A DNA stretch of 64,000 bases from Planctomycetales bacterium (lineage in GTDB: Bacteria; Planctomycetota; Phycisphaerae; Sedimentisphaerales; Anaerohalosphaeraceae): assembly GCA_022615575.1 (NCBI GenBank), contig JAKEGM010000071.1, positions 12,164 through 76,163 on the forward strand. Reading direction: 5' to 3'. Every line of letters starts with the position of its first letter. Positions within the stretch are counted from its first letter, which is position 1. Position numbers and translations under genes: made by a program. The notes under the pieces were generated by a model. The model worked only from the letters and a program-made list of their open reading frames with translations. It was not told the DNA's origin and ran no database searches. Below are positions 28,080 through 37,395 of this stretch, one piece after another.

Positions 28080-29696
28080 ATGGAAAAAAAGGTTTTGATA
28101 ATCGGCTTGGATGGAGGTACCTGGACGGTGCTTAATCCGGCAATAGAGCAGGGATACATGCCGTTTTTGAAATCCCTGGTCGAAAACGGAGCGTCGGGCA
28201 TTCTTGAATCGACGATTCCCGCGATTACCCCGGCGGCATGGGGAACCTTCCAAACCGGCTGCAACCCCGGAACGACGGGCGTATATGATTTTACCTGCTG
28301 GGACCAAACAACGAAAAAAACGTCTCTGGTCAATTCGACGAACCTTCCTCCTACGATCTGGCAAATCCTCTCGCAGAGCGGAAAGCGCGTTGTTTCCTTA
28401 AATGTTCCGATGACGTACCCGCCGCAGCCGATAAACGGCCATCTTATTTCCTGCATCCTGACGCCCTCGATGAAGTCCGGGTTTACGTATCCGCCCGAAT
28501 TCAAAGAGGAATTGCTGCGCCGGTTTCCGGAGTATCAAATCCTGAATTTAAAAACGATCCCCAAACAGTGTCCCAGCGAGTCCCGGATTAAAAAGTTCAT
28601 TGAGAATCTGGTGCGGATTATGACCGTCCATGCCGATGCGGCCTGTTATATCCTCCAAAATAAACCCTCGGATGTCATGATGGTGCATTTTCAGGAGACA
28701 GATGTGATCCAGCATCTCCTCTGGAAGTATCTTGACCCGGCGTGCCCGGATTCCGGCTTGTCAATCCAGCGCGCGGTTTTTTCGACATTTTTCAGCGCCT
28801 TAGACAAGCAAATCGAGCGGCTCGTTAAGACACTCAACGCGATGCACCGGGAATCGCTGACAGTGATTGTTTCTGATCATGGTTTTGAAGCCAACAATCG
28901 CTGCTTTAATTTGGGCAACTGGCTCATCGAGCAGGGGTATCTGGGGGTGAATCCGGAAATCTTGAACCACCCGGTCAAAAGGCAGATTCGGGCCAAAGCC
29001 GCCGGTCTTTTGCGGCTGATGCCTTTTCCGTATGCGCAGCGGCTTCGCGGCCGTCTGAATGCGAAAAATTACCTGATTGACTGGAACCGCTCGGCCGTTT
29101 ATTCGGAAGGAACCAGCGAGGGCTTCATCTTTTTGCTGGAACAGGGGCTTCCTCAGCGGTTTGACACCGCCGCGCGCATCCGCACGCAGCTGCAGGCCGT
29201 CACTGATCCATTGAATCATCAGCCCGTCATCAAAAGGATATATCTGAAAGAAGAACTGTACTCCGGCGGCAAAATGCACCTGCTGCCGGATATGATTATC
29301 GAACCAAACGAAGGATATTCGATTCTGGGGCGGTATCAGCACAAAAAAGGATTGTTCACGTCAGTGGCTTCCGGGGAAACGCCCCTCCCCTCCGGCAAGC
29401 ATCACAGAAACGGCGTCATCGTCGCTTTCGGAAAGGGCGTCAAGCGAAGCGCTTCGCTGCATGTGCAGTTAATCGAGATGCTCCCGACGATACTGTGTTA
29501 CATGGGGGTGCCTGTGCCGTCCTTTATAGAAGGGCAGGCGCACGTGGAATTATTTGAAAAGGATTTTCTTGAAAAAGAACAGGCCCCAAGCGGCGGCTCG
29601 GCGGCCGAATCGCCTAAACAGAATACATTTGCATATTCTTCCCGTGAACGGGAATTAATAGAGCGCCGACTTAAGGATTTGGGCTATTTGCAGTAA
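28080..29696 (+). CDS. Alkaline phosphatase superfamily protein (NPP/phosphodiesterase-like)
   Basis: IIGLDG, STIPAITPAAW, SDHG, GKH, RLKDLGYL tail. Confidence 0.85.
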   Translation: MEKKVLIIGLDGGTWTVLNPAIEQGYMPFLKSLVENGASGILESTIPAITPAAWGTFQTGCNPGTTGVYDFTCWDQTTKKTSLVNSTNLPPTIWQILSQSGKRVVSLNVPMTYPPQPINGHLISCILTPSMKSGFTYPPEFKEELLRRFPEYQILNLKTIPKQCPSESRIKKFIENLVRIMTVHADAACYILQNKPSDVMMVHFQETDVIQHLLWKYLDPACPDSGLSIQRAVFSTFFSALDKQIERLVKTLNAMHRESLTVIVSDHGFEANNRCFNLGNWLIEQGYLGVNPEILNHPVKRQIRAKAAGLLRLMPFPYAQRLRGRLNAKNYLIDWNRSAVYSEGTSEGFIFLLEQGLPQRFDTAARIRTQLQAVTDPLNHQPVIKRIYLKEELYSGGKMHLLPDMIIEPNEGYSILGRYQHKKGLFTSVASGETPLPSGKHHRNGVIVAFGKGVKRSASLHVQLIEMLPTILCYMGVPVPSFIEGQAHVELFEKDFLEKEQAPSGGSAAESPKQNTFAYSSRERELIERRLKDLGYLQ

Positions 29697-29742
29697 AAAT
29701 CGGAAGGACAACCCCCTGGGGATGCGGCAATCTGAAGTAAAT

Positions 29743-29777
29743 AAAAAAGCCCCCTGAAACAACCGGGGGCTTTTTTT
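29743..29777. terminator. Bidirectional rho-independent terminator
   Basis: A6-GCCCCC-loop-GGGGGC-T7 between convergent genes. Confidence 0.85.
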
Positions 29778-29801
29778 ACTCATCAAGTGAATTCATGCCG
29801 T

Positions 29802-30788
29802 TTAGTCGAGCGCATCTTTAAGAGAGTCGTTGACAAGAACGGAGTCATCCGACCCCCACGGAGCACAGGTGGTGCCCTGACTTGTGGCCTTCAGGCCGCG
29901 ACGGCGGCCGGCTTCGGTGGTAGTATCAGTCCAGTGGGTGTAGATGCAATCATATTTAACGCCGACATCCGCGCGGGTTTCGTAAGAATTATGTCCGTCG
30001 CCGTAAAGAACATTTTGGCCTTCTCGTCCGTGCGGTTGAGCGTTTTGGATCATAACCCACTCTTTTTCTACATTTTCATAAGTCCCCTCGGCGGGAACTG
30101 TCGTGCCGCCAATCGGCCGGGCATGGTCCATAAAGTTTGTCTTGTCGACAGTTCCGGAATTCGTCAATTTGTCTGAAAAATAGGGGTTCTGGTCGGCCAT
30201 CATCGCAAACGCCGCGGAACGCGACCCATCAGGGGCATACTTTCCCTTGCTTCCGCTGCTTGCCATATTGGTTTGGCCAGCCGCATAGGGCTGATGATAG
30301 GAATAGCTGACGCATTTCACCGGGCCTTCTGGTGATGTAGCAAAGTCAGATGCGCCAAAATCCCAAAGCTGTACAATATCCTTATTGTATGCGTTTTTGC
30401 CGGAAAACTCCTGTTGGTCGCTCGCAGGGCAAACAAATGACTTGGGGCTGACATCGGCCTCACGAACCAGCAGATACAAGCTGGCTCCCACGGTAATATT
30501 CCCCGCGACTGTCCAGTCCTTATCTGCGGTTGCCGATGTCCCCTGCCAGGCGGCTGTCTTGGTTCCCAATGTATGCAGGGCGCCTCTGCCCTGTACAGCA
30601 TACTGGTCATCATAGTCGTTGGCATAGACGGTTTGTGCGGTGCCCATACCCTTGAGGTTGGTCCCGCAGACGACGCGCTGGGCGATCTTCTTGACCTTGT
30701 TCAAGGCCGGCATCAGAATCGCCAGGAGCATTGCGATGATCGCGATAACCACCAGCAGCTCGATTAGTGTAAAACCTTTCTTTCTCAT
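29802..30788 (-). CDS. Prepilin-type N-terminal cleavage/methylation protein with H-X9-DG motif (DUF1559-like)
   Basis: KKGFTLIELLVVIAIIAMLLAILMPAL; HGREGQNVLYGDGH; AGGAG RBS. Confidence 0.92.
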   Translation of the reverse strand: MRKKGFTLIELLVVIAIIAMLLAILMPALNKVKKIAQRVVCGTNLKGMGTAQTVYANDYDDQYAVQGRGALHTLGTKTAAWQGTSATADKDWTVAGNITVGASLYLLVREADVSPKSFVCPASDQQEFSGKNAYNKDIVQLWDFGASDFATSPEGPVKCVSYSYHQPYAAGQTNMASSGSKGKYAPDGSRSAAFAMMADQNPYFSDKLTNSGTVDKTNFMDHARPIGGTTVPAEGTYENVEKEWVMIQNAQPHGREGQNVLYGDGHNSYETRADVGVKYDCIYTHWTDTTTEAGRRRGLKATSQGTTCAPWGSDDSVLVNDSLKDALD

Positions 30789-31249
30789 TTTCAAATCTCC
30801 TTTCGGGTAAGATTTACTCCACTTTTACCTTCCGGCCAAGCCGAAACATCAATAAGTGCCGTTTTTGCCCCAACGCAGGGCATTCGTGTCTGTAAAATCT
30901 TACCGGACAACAAACATGTTAGACCGGAGGCAATCGTGTTTAGAGTTCCTGCTTCAAGGGTGCACGCACACGGATGAACATGAAAAAGAAGATGAAAATC
31001 TGGAAGGACTCACACAAAGAAAAATGGCTTTAACTAAAATAATGGCAAAACTAAAATATATTAAATTTCTGCTTCGTGAATCCTGTCCGTATTTCTTCAC
31101 TCAATTTCACTATACACTTTATCGCCGTTTGTTAATGCTGTCAAGAAAAATTTAAAGAAAAATTCGACGCTTGAAAAATTTTGTGCATTTTATTATACAA
31201 GACAGCTCGTAATCGAACGCATCCGAAAGACGACGACAGAGGTTAAGAA

Positions 31250-32680
31250 ATGGCTCAGGACATCCATCGCGAAAAGATTCTCCAAAAACTTCATAACACA
31301 GGGCAAGAACAGGTCTTGCGATTTTTGGGAGAGCTGCCTCAGGATCAAAAAAATACGCTGCTGCTGCAGGTTTCCGGATTGAATTTGGATAAAATACAGG
31401 TTTGTGTCGAAAATTATGTCAAAAATGAGGTTTCTGTAACGATTTCGGAGCATTTTGAGCCGGCTCCATCGTATCCGGCCAGCCCCGGGACGCCCCAAAT
31501 GACCCAAAAGTATGCCCGCGCGCGGCAGTTTGGTGAGCGGCTGCTTCGGGAAGGAAGGGTGGGCGGATTCGTGGTGGCCGGCGGGCAGGGAACCCGCCTT
31601 GGCTACGACGGCCCGAAGGGCAACTATCCGATAAGTCCCATCCGAAACAAGACGCTTTTTGCGATATTTGCCGAAACCCTGCTTGCCGCATCCCAAAAAT
31701 ACGGAACCGCGATTCCGTTCTATATTATGACCAGTCCGCTGAACTACGGCGCCACCGTCGAAATTTTCGCCTCGGCGGACTACTATGGGCTTGGCCGGGA
31801 CAATGTCTTTATCTTCCAGCAGGGGACGCTGCCGAACTTCGGCTTTGACGGCAAAATCCTTCTGTCCGCCAAAGACCAGATTGCCTCCAGCCCCGACGGC
31901 CACGGCGGCAGCTTGAAGGCCCTGTATGCAGCCGGAGCCGTCGCCGATATGAAAAGACGCGGCGTGGAGTATCTGAGCTACTGGCAGGTGGACAACCCGC
32001 TGGTCAAGCTGATGGACCCGCTGTTTATCGGTCTGCACGCGATGGACGAAGCCGAGATGAGTTCCAAGGCCCTTCTCAAGGCCGGCCCGCTGGAAAAAGT
32101 GGGCAACTTCTGCCTGGCGAACGGCAAGGTGACGGTCATCGAATACAGCGACCTGCCGGATGAGCAGGCCCTTCGCAAAAACCCCGACGGCTCGCTGGTG
32201 TTTGAGCTGGGATCTATCGGGATTCACATCATTAACCGGTCGTTTATCGAAAAACTCAGCGCCGGCGGCGATTTTGCCCTGCCGTTTCACCGGGCGGTCA
32301 AGAAAATCCCGTATATCGACGAAACCGGCACGCTTGTCCAGCCGGACAAACCCAACGGCGTCAAGCTGGAGACCTTCGTGTTTGATGCCCTGCCGATGGC
32401 CGGCCGGTCGGTCATCCTGCAGACGCTGCGGGAGGAAGAATTTGCGCCGGTCAAGAATGCCGCCGGCACGGACAGCCCCGACGTTACCCGGCGGATGATG
32501 GTTGAGCGGGCGGCGGCGTGGCTGGAAGCGGCAGGCGTCAAAGTCCCCCGCACGCCGGACGGCGCGCCCGACTGCGTGCTGGAGATAGCGCCCGGCTTTG
32601 CCCTCGGCCCGGAGGATATAAAGACCAAACGCGACCGCATTCCGCCGATTGCGCCGGGCTGTCAAATCTGCCTGGAATAG
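31250..32680 (+). CDS. UDP-N-acetylglucosamine/UDP-sugar pyrophosphorylase (eukaryote-like UDPGP family)
   Basis: AGGQGTRLG..GPKG, SPDGHGG, QVDNPL, IEYSD, KLETFVFD, FAPVKN. Confidence 0.92.
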   Translation: MAQDIHREKILQKLHNTGQEQVLRFLGELPQDQKNTLLLQVSGLNLDKIQVCVENYVKNEVSVTISEHFEPAPSYPASPGTPQMTQKYARARQFGERLLREGRVGGFVVAGGQGTRLGYDGPKGNYPISPIRNKTLFAIFAETLLAASQKYGTAIPFYIMTSPLNYGATVEIFASADYYGLGRDNVFIFQQGTLPNFGFDGKILLSAKDQIASSPDGHGGSLKALYAAGAVADMKRRGVEYLSYWQVDNPLVKLMDPLFIGLHAMDEAEMSSKALLKAGPLEKVGNFCLANGKVTVIEYSDLPDEQALRKNPDGSLVFELGSIGIHIINRSFIEKLSAGGDFALPFHRAVKKIPYIDETGTLVQPDKPNGVKLETFVFDALPMAGRSVILQTLREEEFAPVKNAAGTDSPDVTRRMMVERAAAWLEAAGVKVPRTPDGAPDCVLEIAPGFALGPEDIKTKRDRIPPIAPGCQICLE

Positions 32681-32714
32681 CGCATCGTCCGGCTGGCTGG
32701 CCGACGGACAGCGA

Positions 32715-33701
32715 TTATTCGCCGGGGTACTTGAGCTTCCACTGGCGGCGGATGCGGTCCATTGTCTGCATAATTGCCAAACTTTCGCCCAACGGCATCA
32801 GGTCGCTTTCGGTCCGGCCTTTGCGGATGCACTCGGCGACATGGTCGGCCTCGTAATGAAGACCAAACCCCGGGTAGGCAAAATCGGCAACGACGGCTTT
32901 TTGGCCTTCAAGGGCCAGCGTCAGCCGATTGGGCCGGTAGAAACGGGCATCGACCGTTATCATTCCCTTTGTGCCGAAGAGGCGGGCCTGCGGCTTCATC
33001 GCAACCCGGCAGCTGCAGCTCAGGGCGGCAGTGGCCCCGTCGGCATACTCAAGCACCATCACGGCGTGGTCATCCACGCCGGTGCGGGTCTTATGGACGC
33101 TGGAGACGATTTGCTCCGGCTGGGCGCCGAAGACCATCGACGCAAACGAAACCGGATAAATCCCCAAATCCAGCAGGGCGCCTCCGCCGAGGGCCGGATT
33201 GTTGATGCGGTGCTTCGGGCCGGCGGCAAAAAATTCGCCGAAGTCGGCCTCCATCGCCAAAATCCGTCCGATGCGATTCCGGGCCAGCCATTGACGCAGC
33301 TGCAGCGTGGCGGGGAAACAGCGGCTCCACATCCCTTCCATCAGAAAGACGCCTTTTTTGCGGGCCGCATCAATCATCCGGCCAAGCTGCCGGGCGTTGA
33401 GGGCAATGGGCTTTTCGCAGAGGACATGCTTGCCGGCGTCAATGGCCGTCAGGGCGTTTTCCAGATGGTACGAGTGCGGCGTGGCGACATAGACGACATC
33501 CACCGCCGGGTCGGCGGCCAATGCCTCATAGCTTCCATGCGCGCAAGCGCCGCCGTGGTGAGCGGCGAACGTTTGGGCCTTGGCTTTCGACCGCGAACCG
33601 ACGGCGGCCAGGCGGCCCGTGCGGCTCTGCGCAAGGTCCTGCGCGAACTTGGCGGCGATGCCGCCGCATCCGATGATTCCCCAGTTGAGTTTCTTTTTCA
33701 C
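32715..33701 (-). CDS. Gfo/Idh/MocA family oxidoreductase
   Basis: WGIIGCGGIA, CEKP, GGGALLDLGIY. Confidence 0.92.
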   Translation of the reverse strand: MKKKLNWGIIGCGGIAAKFAQDLAQSRTGRLAAVGSRSKAKAQTFAAHHGGACAHGSYEALAADPAVDVVYVATPHSYHLENALTAIDAGKHVLCEKPIALNARQLGRMIDAARKKGVFLMEGMWSRCFPATLQLRQWLARNRIGRILAMEADFGEFFAAGPKHRINNPALGGGALLDLGIYPVSFASMVFGAQPEQIVSSVHKTRTGVDDHAVMVLEYADGATAALSCSCRVAMKPQARLFGTKGMITVDARFYRPNRLTLALEGQKAVVADFAYPGFGLHYEADHVAECIRKGRTESDLMPLGESLAIMQTMDRIRRQWKLKYPGE

Positions 33702-33728
33702 AGCAATCCTTCCGTCACGAGTATTGTC

Positions 33729-35546
33729 TTACCTGCGGTCGGCCGTATGCCGCCAGTAGTTAAACACGAAAATAAGCCACAGCTTGCGGGCGTTGTCCCT
33801 GGATTTATGGATATGTTCAGCGAGCAGTCGGGCGGCATAGTCGTAATTCACAAGGCCGTGGCCGTAAAATTCCCTGTCGGTAATGAATTGCCGGATCAAA
33901 GGCGACTTCCTCAGCCATGCCGAAACAGGAACGGTAAATCCCCTCTTTTTGCGATGGACAATTTCGCCGGGCAGCAGTCCCGCCGCTATATCCTTCAGCA
34001 GCCGTTTGGTGCGAAGGTACCGTATTTTATACCGGTCCGGCAGCGACAGCACCAGAGGCACAAGACGATAATCCAGAAACGGCGTCCGCACCTCCAGCGA
34101 ATGCATCATGGAGGCCGTATCCACTTTTTTCAGAATGTCCTCCGGCAGATACCGCTGGAAATCATTCAGCTGCATACCCGTCAGGCCGCCGGACCCGAGA
34201 GGCCCCATGAAATCCTCTGCCGGGATAAAATTGTCCCCCAGCAGCGCCCGGCGGTCGCGGTCGGTAAAGGCGGCCATCCAGTCCAGATGCCGCCGCCCGG
34301 GGTCCGGATGATAATCTCCGGCGAATTTCTGCATCTTGAAGGCAAGATGCAGTTTCTTCTCCGAAGGGGGCAGCATGGCGGCCAGGGGCCGGCTCATCCG
34401 CACAAGGCCCGCGGGGATAAACCGCGCCAATTGATGCGCCAGGTAGGAATCGTAGCCGCCGAACACCTCGTCCCCGGCATCGCCCGACAGACAGACCGTT
34501 ACATGCCGGCGGGTCATTTGCGACAGCAGGGCCGTTGGCAGTACCGAAGCGTCCCCCAGCGGTTCGTCCATCTGGCGGATGACGCGCTCAATCAGCGGTT
34601 CGTCGATTTTGAGGTATTCCACATGATGCCGCGTATGAATATGTTCGGCCGCAATCCTGGAAAACGGGACCTCGTCGTACGAGTCATCCTCAAAGCCAAT
34701 CGAAAAGGTCTGGAAATCCCGCCGCTGGCGGGCGATCATCGCCGAGATGACCGAGGAATCCAGCCCGCCGGATAAAAAACTGCCCACCGGCACATCGGCG
34801 ATCAGCCGTTTCGTAACGGCATCGCTGACAAGACCTTCCACCTCGTCCAGCCGTTCCGTCAAATCCCGCCCGCGGTGTTGTTCCACCGCATCCGGCAGAG
34901 TGAAATAGATGCTTTTGTGAATCTGTTTTTTCGCAAGGTCAAAAACAAGGTTCTCAGACGGCCTCAGCTTGCTGCAGTTTTCAAAAATCGTCATATCGGC
35001 GCCAATGTATTTCTGATAGAAGAAATAATTGACGGCCGTGTTGTTCGTCCGCAAATTCCCGGCGATGGGCCGGAGGGCCTTCAGTTCCGAGGCGAAGATG
35101 AAACGCTGCCCGTCAAAATAGTAATACAGCGGCTTGACGCCGAACCGGTCGCGGGACAGAAACAGAGTTCTTTTGTTCGCGTCGTAGATACAGAACGCCC
35201 ACATGCCGTTAAAGCGATTGACGCAGTCGAGGCCCCACCGGTGATAGGACAGCAGAACAACTTCCGTATCCGTATCCGAATGAAAACGATAGCCCGCCGA
35301 TTCCAGTTCCGTCCGCAGCTGGCGATAATTATACACCTCGCCGTTATAGACAATCTGCAGGCCCTCAAACGCCATCGGCTGATGGCCGCGCGTCGAGGTG
35401 TCGATAATGGACAGCCGCCGATGCCCCAGGCAGACCCGTTCGTCGCAGTAAAATCCCTCGTCATCAGGACCGCGATGGCAAAGGATGCCTGTCATCTGTC
35501 TGATTTGCTCTGCGTTATTCCAGTTGAATCCGGCAATGCCGCACAT
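33729..35546 (-). CDS. asnB: Asparagine synthase-like glutamine amidotransferase
   Basis: MCGIAG, HRRLSIID, YNGEVYN, LSGGLDSS; located in a glycan cluster. Confidence 0.93.
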   Translation of the reverse strand: MCGIAGFNWNNAEQIRQMTGILCHRGPDDEGFYCDERVCLGHRRLSIIDTSTRGHQPMAFEGLQIVYNGEVYNYRQLRTELESAGYRFHSDTDTEVVLLSYHRWGLDCVNRFNGMWAFCIYDANKRTLFLSRDRFGVKPLYYYFDGQRFIFASELKALRPIAGNLRTNNTAVNYFFYQKYIGADMTIFENCSKLRPSENLVFDLAKKQIHKSIYFTLPDAVEQHRGRDLTERLDEVEGLVSDAVTKRLIADVPVGSFLSGGLDSSVISAMIARQRRDFQTFSIGFEDDSYDEVPFSRIAAEHIHTRHHVEYLKIDEPLIERVIRQMDEPLGDASVLPTALLSQMTRRHVTVCLSGDAGDEVFGGYDSYLAHQLARFIPAGLVRMSRPLAAMLPPSEKKLHLAFKMQKFAGDYHPDPGRRHLDWMAAFTDRDRRALLGDNFIPAEDFMGPLGSGGLTGMQLNDFQRYLPEDILKKVDTASMMHSLEVRTPFLDYRLVPLVLSLPDRYKIRYLRTKRLLKDIAAGLLPGEIVHRKKRGFTVPVSAWLRKSPLIRQFITDREFYGHGLVNYDYAARLLAEHIHKSRDNARKLWLIFVFNYWRHTADRR

Positions 35547-35553
35547 AAACAAG

Positions 35554-36684
35554 TTACCGCATCAGGTGTTCATAATGGTCAATATACTGCCGGGCCACCG
35601 CCGACCACGAAAATGTTTCGGCAATCGCCCGGCCCGCCTTGGACATCGCATCGTATTTATTCGGATCCGTCATGATGGCGCTGACGGCGGCGGCAAATTC
35701 CTGCGCGTCAGGATAAGCGACAAGAATGCCGTTGTCGCCGATAAGCTCTTCGGCGCCTTCGCAGGGGGTCGTTACGACGGGCAGGCCCGACGCAATCGCC
35801 TCGAGCATGGCATTGCTCATCCCTTCGTGCTGACTGGCCATCACAAAGATATCGTTGGCCCGATAGACCTCGGGCATCTGCTGCCGCCCGACCAGTCCCA
35901 TCAGGACAACCCTGTCGGAAAGGTTTAAGTCCACCGCTTTTTTCCGCAGTTCGGCCAGAAGATTGCCTTCTCCGACGATAGTGAGCCGGACATCCAGTCC
36001 CTTTTGGACGGCAACGCCAACGGCATCGATTAACCAGTCGATGCGCTTTCGGGCAATCAGCCGTCCCACGCTTAGAAGATTGATGGGTCCGCCGGTTTTT
36101 CTCTGCGGGGCCGGATGGTAGCAGCGGGTATCCACGCCGTTGGGTATTACGGCAATATCCAGATTCGGCATAAAACGCTTGGCCAGCTGGCAGAGTCCCC
36201 GGCTGTTGGCCGCAATCAGAGACGCGCCGGACCATATCCTCCGGAAAAGCCCCGCCAGAAGTGCATAGTCCAGCCCCAGCCGCACATTGTAGCCGGGCAC
36301 ATCGGAACCCCGAAGCGATAAAATATAGGGAAGCTGCCCGGCCGTTCGCCAGCAAAGCCAGCCGGTGGGGAACGCAAAAAAAGCGTGGCACAAATGATAG
36401 GCATTTTCGCTCAGCAGTTTCACATGCAGCCGCCGCGCCTTCCAGAGCCATTCGACAATTTCCGGCCGGGTCCAGTAATGCATATTTTTTTTGCGGATGC
36501 CGACCTTGAAAATCCGGATGTTGGGCGCAAACGCTTCGATGACAAGCCCCGTCCCCGGATGGCTGGTCAGGACGTCAACCTGCATGTCCGCGCGGCGCGA
36601 ATACTCGTCCAAAAGACACCGATGAGCGTGACCCGCTCCGCCGCCGATCGGCGGAAATTCATAATTAAGCATCAGGATTTTCAT
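35554..36684 (-). CDS. Glycosyltransferase family 4
   Basis: NYEFPPIGGG, IPNGVD, GRL..RK, EGMSNAMLEA. Confidence 0.92.
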   Translation of the reverse strand: MKILMLNYEFPPIGGGAGHAHRCLLDEYSRRADMQVDVLTSHPGTGLVIEAFAPNIRIFKVGIRKKNMHYWTRPEIVEWLWKARRLHVKLLSENAYHLCHAFFAFPTGWLCWRTAGQLPYILSLRGSDVPGYNVRLGLDYALLAGLFRRIWSGASLIAANSRGLCQLAKRFMPNLDIAVIPNGVDTRCYHPAPQRKTGGPINLLSVGRLIARKRIDWLIDAVGVAVQKGLDVRLTIVGEGNLLAELRKKAVDLNLSDRVVLMGLVGRQQMPEVYRANDIFVMASQHEGMSNAMLEAIASGLPVVTTPCEGAEELIGDNGILVAYPDAQEFAAAVSAIMTDPNKYDAMSKAGRAIAETFSWSAVARQYIDHYEHLMR

Positions 36685-37394
36685 GGATTTGTTTTTTTCT
36701 GTGCGACGACATACAGATTCGTCTGAAGGCACAGCGGCAGACACTGAAAGGGAAGAATCGAAACGATATTGGCCAGAAAGGAAAATCGCCCTAACTTTTC
36801 GGCAAAAAAGCGAGTGGCCGGATTCATTTTGAAGAACCGGGCGGAAAATCCATGCTGCCGGAGACATTTGCTCAGCTGCCGCGGCGTATGCAGAGAGGGA
36901 TGATAGATTTTCCAGCTTAAATTACGGCAGCGGAGCGTCTCAAAAACAGCATTCACATATTTATTCGGCGTTTGAAAGGCGTAATAGCCGCTTTCCCGGA
37001 GGACTCTTCGAATTTCCCTGAAGTGCTTGTCGATATTAAAAAGATGTTCAAGGACATCAAAACTTAAAATAACATCAAAGGATTCATTCTCATAGGGAAG
37101 TTCTTCCGCGGAATGAACTGCAAGGGGAATTCCGGCGAATTTCTTTTTGCCGTACGCAATGACGTTGGCGGCGATGTCGCTGCCGCTGGCCCGGTATCCT
37201 TTCAGCCGCAGATGATGCACAATCGTTCCGATGCCGCAGCCCAGTTCATGGATTTTGTCGTTTGGTTTGAGGATGTTCGCTTTTTCAAGAAAACGAAGAT
37301 TGACATCGAGGTTACCGAGTTGTTCCCTGCCGCGGGACAAGGCCCATTCCCAGCCGTCAACATTCATTTGTTCGATATTGTCCGGTTTTTGCAT
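36681..37394 (-). CDS. Class I SAM-dependent methyltransferase
   Basis: ELGCGIG, FDVILSFDVLEH, TPN. Confidence 0.9.
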   Translation of the reverse strand: MQKPDNIEQMNVDGWEWALSRGREQLGNLDVNLRFLEKANILKPNDKIHELGCGIGTIVHHLRLKGYRASGSDIAANVIAYGKKKFAGIPLAVHSAEELPYENESFDVILSFDVLEHLFNIDKHFREIRRVLRESGYYAFQTPNKYVNAVFETLRCRNLSWKIYHPSLHTPRQLSKCLRQHGFSARFFKMNPATRFFAEKLGRFSFLANIVSILPFQCLPLCLQTNLYVVAQKKTNP

Positions 37395-37395
37395 G

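Noticed and set aside
25512..29777. Integrative element or prophage at tRNA-Pro (or tRNA-Lys)
   Set aside because: No integrase, phage genes or duplicated tRNA 3' end were seen.
30856..31155. 99-aa ORF / possible decayed GxxExxY cassette (CACACGGATGAACATGAA)
   Set aside because: No GxxExxY motif, no clear complementary arm and AT-rich intergenic character; too weak.
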